Origin: Actinomycetes bacterium
GTDB taxonomy: Bacteria > Actinomycetota > Thermoleophilia > Gaiellales > Gaiellaceae
Length of the DNA: 55,873 nucleotides
NCBI GenBank assembly: GCA_025964535.1
Contig: JAOPYX010000095.1
Span: 1 to 55,873 of the forward strand
Reading direction: 5' to 3'
Shown: positions 17,567 to 27,077 of the stretch, piece by piece
Layout: the number at the start of each line of letters is the position of its first letter
How positions within the stretch are numbered: position 1 is the first letter of the stretch
Translations under genes and position numbers: made by a program
The notes under the pieces: model-generated
What the model was told of the DNA's origin: nothing
What the model saw: the letters and a program-made list of their open reading frames with translations, nothing else
Database searches by the model: none

Positions 17567-19384
17567 ATGGCTCGGAGCGCTTCGTCGGCCGCCGTGGAGG
17601 TCGCCCCCGGGGTCGGGTGCTTCCGCGACACGTGCAACGTCTACGTCCTCCGCACGGGGGGTGAAGCCGTGCTCGTCGACTTCGGGAGTGGCGCGGTGCT
17701 CGACCGCTTGGCCGACTTCGGCGTCGATCGCGTCACGGACGTGCTGCTCACGCATCACCATCGCGACCAGCTCCAGGGCCTGGAGCGCGCGGTCGCCGCC
17801 GGCGCGCGGATCTGGGCCCCACCCGTCGAGATCGACCTGATCTCGGGCGCGGACGAGCACTGGCAGAGGCGTCAGATCGAGGACGACTACGACCTCCGCG
17901 AGGATCGGTTTTCGCTCGTCTCCGGCGTGCCGGTGGACGGCACCGCCGACGAGTACCGGACGCGCCGCTACGGCGGCGTCGACGTCTTCACCCTGCCGAC
18001 ACCGGGTCACACGGTCGGCTCCGTCACGTACCTCGTCGAGGTCGAAGGTCGGCGGCTGGCGTTCACCGGCGATCTCCTCTACGGCGACGGCAAGGTCTGG
18101 TCACTCGCAGCGACGCAGTGGTCGTACAGCGGCGTCGAGGGACAGGAGTCGACGATCGTCTCGTGCAGCACGCTCGCCGCGCGTGCGCCCGACCTGCTGC
18201 TCCCGTCGCACGGCGAGCCGGTCACCGATGCCGGTCACGCGCTGAACGTTGTCGCATCGCGCCTGCGGGAGCTCGTCGACTTGCGGCTCGAACGCCCGTC
18301 CGGTCTCACCGAGCGGATCGAGCATCCGTTCGACACGATCACCCCGCACCTGCTGCGCAACCGCACGACGTTCTCGAACAGCTACGTCGTGCTTTCCGAG
18401 TCCGGCGCGGCGTTGCTGATCGACTTCGGCTACGACAGCGCGACCGTGACGCCGAGCACGACGCGCGCGGGACGGCGAACGCTCCTCTGGTCGCTCGACG
18501 CGCTGCGGCGTGACTACGGCGTCGACCGAATCGAAGCGGCGGTCGCGACGCACTACCACGACGACCATGTGGCCGGCTTGAACCTGCTGCGCGACGTCGA
18601 GGGAACCGAGGTGTGGGCGCCGTCGAACGTCGCGCCGATCGTCGAGCAGCCGCGCCGCTACGACTTGCCGTGCCTGTGGCACGACGCGATCGAGGTCGAC
18701 CGGGTCCTGCCGCTCGGCGAGCCGATGGCGTGGCACGAGCTTGAGCTCACCGCGCACGCGTTCCCGGGGCACACGCTCTATGCGGCCGCGATCGCGTTCG
18801 AGGTGGACGGGAAGCGCGTCGTCGCCGCGGGAGACCAGTACGCGGTCAACGACGCGGGGCCCGACATCCTCAACTACCAGTACCGCAACCGCTTCCGGCG
18901 CCGCGACTTCGTGCGTACGGCCGAGCTTCTGACGTCGCTTCGCCCCGATCTGATCGTGAGCGGACACTGGTTCCCGCGCGAGGTGACGGAGCCGTACCTC
19001 GAGCAACTGCGTGCCGACGGTGAGCGGCTCGCGGAGCTCCACGACGAGCTCCTTCCGGAGGAGGGGTTCGGCGAGGAAGGCGTCGGTGCGCGTATCGAGC
19101 CGTACCGCTCGACCGTCGCAGCGGGCGGCGAGCTCGAGCTGTGCGTCACGGTGCGCAATCCCTTCGACCGCGACGAGCTTGCCGTCGTCGAGCTCGTGCT
19201 GCCGGATGGATGGGAGCGATGTGCGCCCCAGGAGGTACGCGTCGACCCGCACGCCGACGCGACCCTCGTCTTCCGCGTGCGGGTCGGCGTCGCACCGACG
19301 CGCCGGGCGCGGGTCGCCGTGGATCTCACCGTCGGCGCCGGCCTGTTCGGTCAGCAGGCCGAGGCGCTGGTGGACGTGGAATGA
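17567..19384 (+). CDS. tandem MBL-fold metallo-hydrolase with C-terminal NEW3-like beta-sandwich
   Basis: ATG at 17567, 605 aa. The first MBL domain carries THHHRDQ (HxHxDQ) and the second the canonical THYHDDH. The C-terminal segment ELELCVTVRNPFDRDELAVVELVLPDGW resembles NEW3-type domains of glycosidases. Confidence 0.7.
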   Translation: MARSASSAAVEVAPGVGCFRDTCNVYVLRTGGEAVLVDFGSGAVLDRLADFGVDRVTDVLLTHHHRDQLQGLERAVAAGARIWAPPVEIDLISGADEHWQRRQIEDDYDLREDRFSLVSGVPVDGTADEYRTRRYGGVDVFTLPTPGHTVGSVTYLVEVEGRRLAFTGDLLYGDGKVWSLAATQWSYSGVEGQESTIVSCSTLAARAPDLLLPSHGEPVTDAGHALNVVASRLRELVDLRLERPSGLTERIEHPFDTITPHLLRNRTTFSNSYVVLSESGAALLIDFGYDSATVTPSTTRAGRRTLLWSLDALRRDYGVDRIEAAVATHYHDDHVAGLNLLRDVEGTEVWAPSNVAPIVEQPRRYDLPCLWHDAIEVDRVLPLGEPMAWHELELTAHAFPGHTLYAAAIAFEVDGKRVVAAGDQYAVNDAGPDILNYQYRNRFRRRDFVRTAELLTSLRPDLIVSGHWFPREVTEPYLEQLRADGERLAELHDELLPEEGFGEEGVGARIEPYRSTVAAGGELELCVTVRNPFDRDELAVVELVLPDGWERCAPQEVRVDPHADATLVFRVRVGVAPTRRARVAVDLTVGAGLFGQQAEALVDVE

Positions 19385-21072
19385 GCATGCACGTGGTCGA
19401 GACGGGCGCGTACCGGCTCGAGATCGCCGCGGACGGGCTGCGCGCGACGCTCTCGTCTCCGACAGGCGAGCACTGGGCGACACTCTCGCTCCTTGCCGCG
19501 TTCGACCGCACCGACGGCGTCGATGAGACGCTGTCCGTGTCGGAGCTACGCGTCGACGACCGCACGATCGAGATCCACCGCCGCTCGACGCTGTGGGACG
19601 GCGCCGGCCTGTCGATCGTCTGCGGCGAGGACGAGATCGAGCTCCGGCATCGGGTGACCGGCAAGGGTGCGCTTACCGACGTGCACCTACTCGGCGGGCG
19701 CTCCCTGCTGCCCGGCCCCACGGGGTTCATGTTCACCGGCTCGAGCTTCCGCACGCTGTTCTCACCGAATCCGGGCGACCCGGGCAAGCTCGTGCGCGGA
19801 GCCGACGAGGCCGCAGTGATTGGCGTCTCCGGCGACGGCACGCCGGGTCGCGGCCACTGGTTCTTCACTCCGGCTCCGCTCTTCCTCGCGCTCACGACAG
19901 GCGGCGCGGACTGGATGGGCCTCGGCGTCGCGGCGCCGGTGGAGGAGCTCGGCTTCGTCCAGCTCTCCTACCGTCCGGGAGACCGCGCGTTCCATCTCGC
20001 ACTCGAGTACGAAGGGCACACCCAGGCGGCCGGCGAGCTCTCCGCGCCCGCGCTCGTGGTGACCCCCGGCCTCGCGGATCCGGCCGCAGGGATCCGCCGC
20101 CACCGCGCCGACCTGAGCAAGCGCGGGTTCGCGCCCGAGCCAGCGCCGCGCTCGACACCGGCCTGGTGGACCGAGCCGATCTTCTGCGGTTGGGGCGCCC
20201 AATGCCATCTCGCTGCAACCGGTGAGGGCGGCGCGCCGGCGCTTGCGACGCAAGAGAACTACGACGCCTTTCTCGGCGCGCTCGAAGAGCATGGGGTCGT
20301 GCCGAAGACGATCGTCATCGACGACAAGTGGCAGGGCGCGTACGGCACGAACCTTCCCGACGCGCGCAAGTGGCCCGATCTGAAGGGCTGGATCGCCGAC
20401 AAGCACGCGCAGGGCCGGCACGTGCTGCTGTGGTGGAAGGCTTGGGACTTCGAAGGGCTCCCGGCGGACCTCTGCATCCGGACGCCGGACGGCACTCCGG
20501 TGGCGCTCGACCCGACGAACCCGCGCACCCGTGAAGCGCTGCGGGACGCCGTGACGGCGATGCTCGGCCCCGACGGGGCCGACGCGGATGGGTTGAAGAT
20601 CGACTTCACGGCGCGAACGCCGAGCGGTACGGCTCTCACGACGCACGGCCCCGGCTGGGGGATCGCGCTCTTGCACGATCTGCTGTCGGTGGTGTATTCC
20701 GCAGTGAAGGACGTGAAGCCCGATGCACTCGTGATCACCCAGACCCCACACCCGAGCTTCGGCGACGTCGCGGACATGGTGCGGCTGAACGACATGCTGC
20801 GCATCGACGACCTCGGGCCGCGCCCGGCGGTGGTGCCGCAGATGCGCTATCGCGCAGCCGTCGCGAGTGCCGCTTGCCCGGAGCTGTTGATCGATACGGA
20901 CGACTGGTGCGTGACCGACAAGGCGACCTGGCGTGAATATCTGGACGTCAAGGAAGAGCTCGGGGTTCCCTCGCTCTATTACGCGACACACATCGACCTC
21001 ACCGGGGAACCGCTCGAGGACGACGACTACGACGCATTGCGGCGCTCGTGGGAGCGGTGGAGCGCGCGATGA
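19381..21072 (+). CDS. predicted TIM-barrel glycoside-hydrolase-like protein (clan GH-D / alpha-galactosidase-like, tentative)
   Basis: ATGA overlap with the upstream stop, 563 aa. N-terminal beta-rich region, then IVIDDKWQG, HVLLWWKAW and ADGLKIDF, which resemble the IDDGW and KxD motifs of GH27/36/31-type barrels. No signal peptide. Confidence 0.45.
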   Translation: MSMHVVETGAYRLEIAADGLRATLSSPTGEHWATLSLLAAFDRTDGVDETLSVSELRVDDRTIEIHRRSTLWDGAGLSIVCGEDEIELRHRVTGKGALTDVHLLGGRSLLPGPTGFMFTGSSFRTLFSPNPGDPGKLVRGADEAAVIGVSGDGTPGRGHWFFTPAPLFLALTTGGADWMGLGVAAPVEELGFVQLSYRPGDRAFHLALEYEGHTQAAGELSAPALVVTPGLADPAAGIRRHRADLSKRGFAPEPAPRSTPAWWTEPIFCGWGAQCHLAATGEGGAPALATQENYDAFLGALEEHGVVPKTIVIDDKWQGAYGTNLPDARKWPDLKGWIADKHAQGRHVLLWWKAWDFEGLPADLCIRTPDGTPVALDPTNPRTREALRDAVTAMLGPDGADADGLKIDFTARTPSGTALTTHGPGWGIALLHDLLSVVYSAVKDVKPDALVITQTPHPSFGDVADMVRLNDMLRIDDLGPRPAVVPQMRYRAAVASAACPELLIDTDDWCVTDKATWREYLDVKEELGVPSLYYATHIDLTGEPLEDDDYDALRRSWERWSAR

Positions 21073-22115
21073 ACGCAACGCAGCATCCGGAAGAGGAAGA
21101 GGGACGCGCTCCGCTCGCCCAGCCGGTCACGCTCACCGATATCGCTCGCGCGGCCGGAACATCGGCGTCCACCGCGTCACGCGCATTGAGCGGACGCGGC
21201 TACGTGTCGGCCGAAGCGCGAGCGCGCCTCGTCGCAGCTGCCGATCGCCTCGGGTACGTGCCGAACGCATCGGCGCGCACGTTGAAGCAGCGCACGAGCC
21301 GTGTCGTCGGTGTGGTCGTCTCGGACATCGGCAACCAGTTCTACGCACGGCTCGCCGCCGGCATCGAGCAGACGTTGCGAGAGGCCGACTACCAGATGAT
21401 GCTGCTCGGCGACAACAGCGAGAGCGCAGAGGAGATCGCGGGTGCACGGGCGTTCCTCGCGATGCGCGCGCGCGGCGTGATCATGACGCCGGTGTCCGGC
21501 GACGCCGCCTCGTTGCTCGTCGCGCAGGGCGTCGCGGTCGTCGAGGTCGATCGCCAGCTCGCGACGTCACCGTGCGACGCCGTCGTGATCGACAACGAGC
21601 GCGGCGCCTACGACGCGACGGCGCACTTGCTGGCACTCGGCCACAGCAAGGTCGCGCTTCTCGTCGTCGACACCGAGTGGACGAGCGACGCCGGCCGCGA
21701 GCAGGGCTTTCGCAAGGCGCATGCCGAGGCGGGCGTAGAGCTCGACGAGCGCCTCGTCGCCCGCTTCCCGGTGCACGCCCCGCACGCGAAGGAGCGGATC
21801 GAGCGCCTGTTGCGGGAGGACGCGCCGACGGCGATCTTCGCGTCCAACAACCTCCTCGCCGAGCAGGCGTGGCACGTCCTGCGCCGGCGGGGCCTCCGCC
21901 TCCCCGACGACGTGTCCCTCGTGGGCTTCGACGACGTTCCCTGGATGGAGATGGTCGATCCCGCGATCACCGTCGTCGCGCAGCCCACCGAAGAGCTCGG
22001 CCGCTCCGCCGCCCGCCTGCTGCTTCGCCGGCTCGACGACCCGGCGTCGCCGCCCCGCCTCGATTGCCTGCAGCCGTCGCTCGTCATTCGGGGATCCACG
22101 GCTCCGCCCTCTTGA
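21069..22115 (+). CDS. LacI-family transcriptional regulator
   Basis: ATG 21069 (ATGA overlap). HTH VTLTDIARAAGTSASTASRALSG, followed by a periplasmic-binding-protein-like sugar-binding core. Confidence 0.9.
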   Translation: MNATQHPEEEEGRAPLAQPVTLTDIARAAGTSASTASRALSGRGYVSAEARARLVAAADRLGYVPNASARTLKQRTSRVVGVVVSDIGNQFYARLAAGIEQTLREADYQMMLLGDNSESAEEIAGARAFLAMRARGVIMTPVSGDAASLLVAQGVAVVEVDRQLATSPCDAVVIDNERGAYDATAHLLALGHSKVALLVVDTEWTSDAGREQGFRKAHAEAGVELDERLVARFPVHAPHAKERIERLLREDAPTAIFASNNLLAEQAWHVLRRRGLRLPDDVSLVGFDDVPWMEMVDPAITVVAQPTEELGRSAARLLLRRLDDPASPPRLDCLQPSLVIRGSTAPPS

Positions 22116-22168
22116 CTTCCCGCATCACTGTGTGGTTACGTTCCCATCTTGGTGTGGTTACGTTCCCA
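22112..22168 (+). promoter_or_regulatory. putative promoter element plus two tandem LacI-type operator sites
   Basis: TTGACT at 22112-22117. The 17-nt sequence gtgtggttacgttccca occurs identically at 22130-22146 and 22152-22168 (22-nt phasing). Its core TGGTTACGTTCCCA is an imperfect CG-centred palindrome, like LacI/cre operators. Confidence 0.5.
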
Positions 22169-22217
22169 CACGAACTCCGATTTTTCGGCTCTCAGGCGTC
22201 TCACTTGGAGGGTAGGC

Positions 22218-23570
22218 ATGCTCGTTCGGTGGAAGCGGATGGCGGTGCTCACAGCAGCAGCCGCAGCTCTTTCAGTCGTCGTCGCGTCGGGATTTGCCAA
22301 CGCGATGCCCACGAGGGGTGTGGTCGCCTCGGCGACGACGCTCAAGGTCTACGGCTTCGGGCCGGGCGACGAGATCGCCAACACCCGTGCCGACGTCGCG
22401 ACCGCCGCGGTCGGCGGCAGCGTCGACAACCCGCGCGGCGGGTTCAACGACCAGCAGTTCCTCGCGTCGGTCGCCTCGGGCGACGTCCCTGACGTCGTCT
22501 ACCTCGACCGCTACAAGATCGCGGAGTACGCGGCCAAGGGTGCCTTCCAGCCCCTGACGTCATGCGTCAAGAGCCAGAACGTCGACCTGACCCAGTACCG
22601 CAAGGCCGCGCTCAACGAGGTCACCTACAAGGGCAAGCTCTATGCGCTGCCAGAGTTCAGCAACCAGCGAACCGTGATCGTCGACAACAACGTCGTTGCC
22701 GCTGCCGGCCTCAAGGTGTCCGACCTGGACACGAAGAACTGGGGCAAGCTCGCGAACGCGAACCGGAAGATGCTCCAGAAGTCGGGCGGGCAGGTCACGC
22801 GGATCGGCTTCGACCCGAAGCTGCCCGAGTTCTTCCCCCTGTGGGTGAAGGCGAACGGCGCCGACATCCTGAGCAAGGACGGCCTGCACGCGCAGCTGAA
22901 CACGCCGAAGGCCGTTGCGGCGCTCAACTTCGCCTACTCGCTCATCCAGGCACACGGCGGCTGGGGCCCGTTCAAGGCGTTCCGCGACACGTGGGACTTC
23001 TTCGGCGCGGGTAACCAGGTCGCGAAGGACCAGGTAGGCGCTTGGCCGATGGAGAACTTCTACTACAACACGCTCGCGCAGGTCTCGCCGAACGTCAGCA
23101 TCACGGCGATGGCATTCCACAACCGCAAGGGCGGCCCGATTACGTACTTCAGCGGCCAGGGCTGGGCGATCCCGAAGGGCGCGAAGAACCCCGACCTCGC
23201 CTGCACGTGGATGAAGACGATCACCGACTCGCCGACCTGGGTGAAGGCCGCGAAGGTGCGTCTCGACGCGCAGAAGGCGAAGGGGCGGCCGTTCACCGGC
23301 GTCTACACCGCCAACTCGAAGGCCGATGTCAAGATCTTCCAGGACATCTACCAGCCGATGGGCAAGAAGCAGTTCGACGACGCGGTCACGCTGCTCGTCA
23401 ACGTCGGCAAGTACGCGTTCACCATTCCCGCGTCGCCCGCCGGCGCCGAGTTCCAGCAAGCGTGGATGGATGGCGTGAACCGTGTGCTCGCCGGATCCCA
23501 GACGCCCAAGCAGGCCCTGGATCAGGCGCAGAAGGAAGCACAGGCGGCAATCGACAAGGCCGCGAAGTAA
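22218..23570 (+). CDS. ABC sugar transporter substrate-binding protein (family 1 SBP)
   Basis: ATG 22218 is preceded by GGAGGG. Signal peptide MAVLTAAAAALSVVVASGFANA. Length and composition are typical of oligosaccharide-binding SBPs. Confidence 0.9.
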   Translation: MLVRWKRMAVLTAAAAALSVVVASGFANAMPTRGVVASATTLKVYGFGPGDEIANTRADVATAAVGGSVDNPRGGFNDQQFLASVASGDVPDVVYLDRYKIAEYAAKGAFQPLTSCVKSQNVDLTQYRKAALNEVTYKGKLYALPEFSNQRTVIVDNNVVAAAGLKVSDLDTKNWGKLANANRKMLQKSGGQVTRIGFDPKLPEFFPLWVKANGADILSKDGLHAQLNTPKAVAALNFAYSLIQAHGGWGPFKAFRDTWDFFGAGNQVAKDQVGAWPMENFYYNTLAQVSPNVSITAMAFHNRKGGPITYFSGQGWAIPKGAKNPDLACTWMKTITDSPTWVKAAKVRLDAQKAKGRPFTGVYTANSKADVKIFQDIYQPMGKKQFDDAVTLLVNVGKYAFTIPASPAGAEFQQAWMDGVNRVLAGSQTPKQALDQAQKEAQAAIDKAAK

Positions 23571-23599
23571 GACGGATTCACGCCGGCGTCTGACAAGAC

Positions 23600-24562
23600 G
23601 TGGCCACCGTCGCAACAACCAGCCCGGCGCTGGGCTCTCGCGAGAGAGTCCGGCGCTGGGCGTCCGGTTTCAAGGAGAGAGAAACCTGGGTCGCCTACGG
23701 GTTCATCTTCCCGTGGTTCATCGGCTTCTCGGTGTTCATCGCCGGACCGATGATCGCGAGCCTGGTCCTCTCGTTCACCGACTACTCGGTGATCCAGAAG
23801 ACCAACTGGGTCGGGACGCAGAACTATCGCGATCTGATCCACGACACGCATGTCGCGACGGCGATGAAGAACACGCTCGTCTTCACGCTCCTGAGCGTGC
23901 CCCTGCACATGATCGTGGCCCTCTGCCTCGCACTGATCCTCCTTCGCATCGGGCGCGCGGCCGGCTTCTTCCGCACGGTCTTCTATCTACCGAGCATGAC
24001 CCCGCCGGTCGCCGTCGCGATCCTCTATCTCCTGCTCTTCAACGGATCGACCGGGATCGTCAACCGCGTTCTTGGTTGGTTCGGGATCTCCGGGCCTTTC
24101 TGGATCACCGACCCGCTGTGGGTGAAGCCCGGCCTGGCGCTGATGAGCTCATGGGCTCTCGGCGGCACCATGGTGATCTACCTCGCGGCACTACGGGGCG
24201 TGCCGCAGCAGCTCTACGAGGCGGCGGCGATGGACGGCGCGAGCGCGTGGCGGCGTTTCCGCGACGTGACGCTTCCGATGATCAGCCCTGCACTTCTCTT
24301 CACGTTCATCATCCAGACGATCTACGGCCTCACGGAGTTCACGAGGGTCTACACCGCCTTCTTCGGCGCCGGCACGAAGACGAATCAAACGGAGGCAGCG
24401 CTCCTGTATGCCGTGTACCTCTTCCGGCAGTCGTTCGAATTCTTCCACTTCGGTTACGCGTCGGCGCTCGCGTGGCTCCTCTTCGTCGTGATCATGATCA
24501 TCACGTTCGTCCAGATGCGCGTGAGCAAGCGGTATGTCTTCTACCAGGGTGACCAGCGATGA
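23600..24562 (+). CDS. carbohydrate ABC transporter permease (MalF-like)
   Basis: Six predicted TM segments and the EAA-type loop YEAAAMDGASAWRRFRDVTLP. Confidence 0.9.
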   Translation: MATVATTSPALGSRERVRRWASGFKERETWVAYGFIFPWFIGFSVFIAGPMIASLVLSFTDYSVIQKTNWVGTQNYRDLIHDTHVATAMKNTLVFTLLSVPLHMIVALCLALILLRIGRAAGFFRTVFYLPSMTPPVAVAILYLLLFNGSTGIVNRVLGWFGISGPFWITDPLWVKPGLALMSSWALGGTMVIYLAALRGVPQQLYEAAAMDGASAWRRFRDVTLPMISPALLFTFIIQTIYGLTEFTRVYTAFFGAGTKTNQTEAALLYAVYLFRQSFEFFHFGYASALAWLLFVVIMIITFVQMRVSKRYVFYQGDQR

Positions 24563-25476
24563 GCCGGCTCGAGACGCTTCAGCTCACCCCCGTCCCACCC
24601 GTCGCGCGCCGGCAGCGACGATGGCGGTCGGTCTCGACGCTGAAGGCGGCCGTCTTCTCGGTCGTCCTCGTCGGGCTTTCGATCGTGTTCGTCTATCCGT
24701 TCATCTGGGCCGTCAGCGCATCGCTGAAGCCGCAGGCGGAGGTCTTCGACAACCGGTTGATCCCAAAGCACTGGGCGTTGCACAACTACGCCGATGTCTT
24801 CCACATCCCGGACGCGCCGATGCTGACGTGGATCTGGAACAGCGTCTGGATCAGCACGCTCGGCGCGCTCGCAGTCACGTTCTCGAGCGCGATGATCGCA
24901 TTCGGGTTCGCGTACTTCCGTTTCCCGGGCCGCAACCTGCTCTTCGGCGTCCTGCTCTCGACGATGATGCTGCCCCAAGAGGTCACGATGATTCCGACGT
25001 ACTTGATCTGGAAGAACATCGGCGTGATCAACCACGGTGGTCAGTACCCGCTCTGGGTGCCCAACCTGTTCGGGAGCGCGTTCTACATCTTCCTGCAGCG
25101 CCAGTTCTTCCTCGGCATCCCGCGCGACTACTTCGAAGCCGCACGCATGGACGGCGACAACTACTGGACGATGTTCTGGCGGATCGCCGTGCCGCTCGCG
25201 AAGCCGGCGCTGATCGTGACGTTCATCTTCGAACTGCAGGCGAAATGGTTCGACCTGATGACGCCGCTCATCTATCTGCGCGACACTGCGCTGCTGACAT
25301 TGCCCCTCGGCTTGAAGACGATCCTCGACTCCTTCGGGACGAGCGGCGGCGGCCAGGGCGACTGGCAGCTGATCGTCGCCGCGACCGTCATCGCCGTGCT
25401 CCCGATGCTCGCGATCTTCGCCGTCTTCCAGCGTTACTTCCTCGAGGGCATCAGCACGCAGGGGCGAAAGGGCTGA
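24559..25476 (+). CDS. carbohydrate ABC transporter permease (MalG-like)
   Basis: ATGA overlap, multi-TM, EAA loop FEAARMDGDNYWTMFWRIAVP. Confidence 0.9.
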   Translation: MSRLETLQLTPVPPVARRQRRWRSVSTLKAAVFSVVLVGLSIVFVYPFIWAVSASLKPQAEVFDNRLIPKHWALHNYADVFHIPDAPMLTWIWNSVWISTLGALAVTFSSAMIAFGFAYFRFPGRNLLFGVLLSTMMLPQEVTMIPTYLIWKNIGVINHGGQYPLWVPNLFGSAFYIFLQRQFFLGIPRDYFEAARMDGDNYWTMFWRIAVPLAKPALIVTFIFELQAKWFDLMTPLIYLRDTALLTLPLGLKTILDSFGTSGGGQGDWQLIVAATVIAVLPMLAIFAVFQRYFLEGISTQGRKG

Positions 25477-25477
25477 G

Positions 25478-26509
25478 GTGGGAGCGGGTGCTCTGGAAGC
25501 CGTCGGGGACGACGGCTTGAACGCGCTGCTGGACGCTCCCGTGCTGGCGCTCGACATCGGGGGCACCAAGCTCGCTGCCGGTGTCGTCGGCAGCGACGGG
25601 AGCGTCCACTCCTTCGTCGTCGCCCCAACCGAGCCGGAGCGTGGGCCGGACGACGGGCTCGACCGCCTCTTCGAGCTCGGCCGCCGCGCGGTGGCCGACT
25701 CCGGGATCGACTGGGCCCACGTCGGTGCCGTCGGCATCGGCTGCGGCGGTCCGCTCGACAGCGCCAACGGCGTGCTGGTCGCACCGCTGCACCTGCCGGG
25801 CTGGCGCGACGTCGCCGTCGCCGCCAGGGCGCAGGAGGCCTTCGGCCGCCCGGCGGCGCTCGAGAACGACGCCACCGCGGCTGCGGCGGCGGAGCATCGC
25901 TACGGCGCTGGAGTCGGAACGCGCCACATGGTCTACCTCACGGTTTCGACAGGAGTCGGCGGCGGCGTGATCGTCGACGAACGGCTCTACCGGGGAGCGA
26001 TGGGAAACGGTGGCGAGCTCGGGCACGTGACGGTCGACTGCAACGGGCGCCTCTGCCGTGGCTGCGGCCGGCGAGGTTGCCTCGAGGCGTATGTTTCGGG
26101 CACGTCGATCGCCGAGCGGGCCCGCGAGGTGCTCGCGGAGACGGTCGGAATGTCGACGCTAGCGTTGCTCGCCGAGCCCACCGCGGCCGACGTCGCGGCG
26201 GCGGCGCGGAACGGCGACGCACTCGCGCAGCTGGTGTGGGACGAAACGGTCTTCGCCCTCGCGTGCGGGCTGACCTCGATCGTGAATCTCTTCGAGCCGG
26301 AGCTCGTCGTCGTCGGTGGCGGCGTCAGCCGGTCGGGCGAGCAGTTGCTCGGCCCGGTGCGCGAGCTCGTCCTTGCCGGGACGGTCCGGCCAGCCGGCGG
26401 AGGCGCGCGCATTGTCCAGTCGGCGCTCGGCGACCACGTCGGCATCGTCGGGGCGGCTGCAATCGTGTACGACCGCGTCGCCTCTGGCCTTATGCTCGTG
26501 CATGGCTGA
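25478..26509 (+). CDS. ROK-family sugar kinase
   Basis: LALDIGGTKLAAG, ENDATAAA and GELGH, plus the zinc motif CNGRLCRGCGRRGCLE typical of ROK kinases. Confidence 0.85.
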   Translation: MGAGALEAVGDDGLNALLDAPVLALDIGGTKLAAGVVGSDGSVHSFVVAPTEPERGPDDGLDRLFELGRRAVADSGIDWAHVGAVGIGCGGPLDSANGVLVAPLHLPGWRDVAVAARAQEAFGRPAALENDATAAAAAEHRYGAGVGTRHMVYLTVSTGVGGGVIVDERLYRGAMGNGGELGHVTVDCNGRLCRGCGRRGCLEAYVSGTSIAERAREVLAETVGMSTLALLAEPTAADVAAAARNGDALAQLVWDETVFALACGLTSIVNLFEPELVVVGGGVSRSGEQLLGPVRELVLAGTVRPAGGGARIVQSALGDHVGIVGAAAIVYDRVASGLMLVHG

Positions 26510-27077
26510 CGACGCACAGCAGTCCCTGGCGGAGCATCGCGCGCTGCTCGAGCAGATCGAGCAGCTCCTGCCGACGGTTGGCGAGATTGCGCAGCGCCTG
26601 ATCGAGACCTACGAAGCCGGCGGGCGGCTCTTCAGCTTCGGCAACGGCGGCAGCTCGTGCGATGCGCAGCACGTGGCGGAGGAGCTGGTTGCCCGCTACC
26701 GGCGTGAGCGGCGCCCCCTTGCCGCGACCTCGCTCAGCGCAGACGCGTCGGTGCTGACGTGCATCGCGAACGACTACAGCTTCGACGAGGTGTTCGAGCG
26801 TCAGGTGCGTGGTCTCGTCCGCCCCGGCGACATGGTCGTCGGGTTCACCACGAGTGGCCGGTCCGCGAACGTCGTGCGCGGCCTCGCGGCGGCGCGCGAG
26901 CTCGGCGCCACGACGGTGCTCTTCACCGGCGGCGATGGTCGCCCGGCGCTCGACCATGCCGATCACGCACTCGTGGTGCCGTCCCAGTCGACGGCCCGCG
27001 TGCAGGAGATGCACGTGCTGCTCCTCCATGTGCTGCTCGATCCCGTCGACGCATGGGCGGCAGGGGAGGCCTCTTGA
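26502..27077 (+). CDS. SIS-domain protein (GmhA/DiaA-like sugar-phosphate isomerase fold)
   Basis: ATG 26502, 191 aa. FGNGGSSCDAQH, VVGFTTSGRSANV and the QEMH motif match phosphoheptose-isomerase-like SIS proteins. Confidence 0.8.
   Translation: MADDAQQSLAEHRALLEQIEQLLPTVGEIAQRLIETYEAGGRLFSFGNGGSSCDAQHVAEELVARYRRERRPLAATSLSADASVLTCIANDYSFDEVFERQVRGLVRPGDMVVGFTTSGRSANVVRGLAAARELGATTVLFTGGDGRPALDHADHALVVPSQSTARVQEMHVLLLHVLLDPVDAWAAGEAS

Noticed and set aside
23571-23599. Palindrome ACGCCGGCGT after the SBP gene, considered as an intra-operon attenuator hairpin
   Set aside because: It would form at most a 4-bp stem with a 2-nt loop, which is not a credible structure.
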